A DNA stretch of 64,000 bases, taken from NCBI GenBank assembly GCA_946222675.1, contig CAMIMA010000001.1, positions 29,807-93,806 of the forward strand, given 5' to 3'. The position numbers and the translations under genes are program-made. Position 1 is the first letter of the stretch. Every line of letters begins with the position of its first letter. Below the pieces are notes generated by a model. The model searched no databases, was not told the origin of the DNA, and was given only the letters and a program-made list of their open reading frames with translations. This DNA comes from an uncultured Candidatus Saccharibacteria bacterium (GTDB taxonomy: Bacteria > Patescibacteriota > Saccharimonadia > Saccharimonadales > Saccharimonadaceae). This document shows, piece after piece, positions 63,795 to 64,000 of the stretch.

Positions 63795-64000
63795 CCCAAA
63801 CAACATGGGAGCCAGATGGCCGGTAAGCCGGGTTTTGTCGAGAATGATCATCTATCTAGACGTCTTGTCGCCAAGACGTTCAAGCGGATAAGCGGCGAGC
63901 CGACGAGCAGCCGGTGCTCTCGCCTCCTTGCAGCCAACAGGGTTTACCCCCGCCCCGTGTCACCATGGGGCGCCGTAGTCTCTTACACTACTCTTTTCAC
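63795..64000 (-). ncRNA. rnpB: RNase P RNA, 3' portion (the gene continues beyond the window end).
   Basis: The minus strand reads ...CTAGATAGATGATCATTCTCGACAAAACCCGGCTTACCGGCCATCTGGCTCC, which aligns to the E. coli M1 3' region CTAGATGAATGACTGTCCACGACAGAACCCGGCTTATCGGTCAGTTTCACC (P4 3' strand ACAGAACCCGGCTTA). It is followed by the terminator hairpin cugcuuggcuuuuuaccaagcag plus U6 (63758-63786). Confidence 0.6.

Overview
The 64 kb window looks like a compact, Gram-positive-type genome of a Candidatus Saccharibacteria (TM7) or other CPR-like organism. The evidence is a short S1 protein, a 16S rRNA with the C912-to-U-type signature (ACATAAAGGAATTGACGG), and many Pro/Gln-rich membrane proteins. 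Housekeeping genes present: infB (partial), rpsA, rpmE, prfA-prmC, lepB, ctpA, gyrB-gyrA, comM, tRNA-Asn, infC-rpmI-rplT, tmRNA (ssrA) and a partial RNase P RNA.

The central finding is an rRNA operon on the minus strand that has been pulled apart. The 16S gene (47204-48667), tRNA-Ala/tRNA-Ile (38319-38478) and 23S+5S (30044-33280) are co-oriented but separated by 8.7 kb and 5 kb of co-oriented protein-coding genes. These inserts encode a paralogous family of large secreted surface proteins (a shared N-terminal domain fused to either an FGE-sulfatase-like or a Cys-rich C-terminal domain) and two Pro/Gln-rich membrane proteins.

Several of these surface-protein genes, and a second secreted-protein family ending in ...GAPNTGYEF, carry poly-G homopolymer tracts (8-11 nt) in the signal-peptide coding region or exactly in a promoter -35/-10 spacer. 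One paralog (38625-39793) is frame-shifted OFF by a G10 tract. This looks like slipped-strand phase variation. A (GA)11 repeat likewise truncates the C-terminus of a DNA adenine methyltransferase paired with a DUF262-HNH nuclease.

A second surface locus (24565-29646) resembles a Firmicutes Csc/WxL cell-surface cluster: an LPXTG-like anchored protein, a DUF916-like membrane-anchored protein and four tandem WxL-like small secreted paralogs with a conserved palindromic operator. Also present are a Phd/RelE toxin-antitoxin pair, a PcsB-like CHAP hydrolase, a T4SS-type ATPase cluster and a roughly 1.6 kb gene-poor stretch next to the tmRNA.
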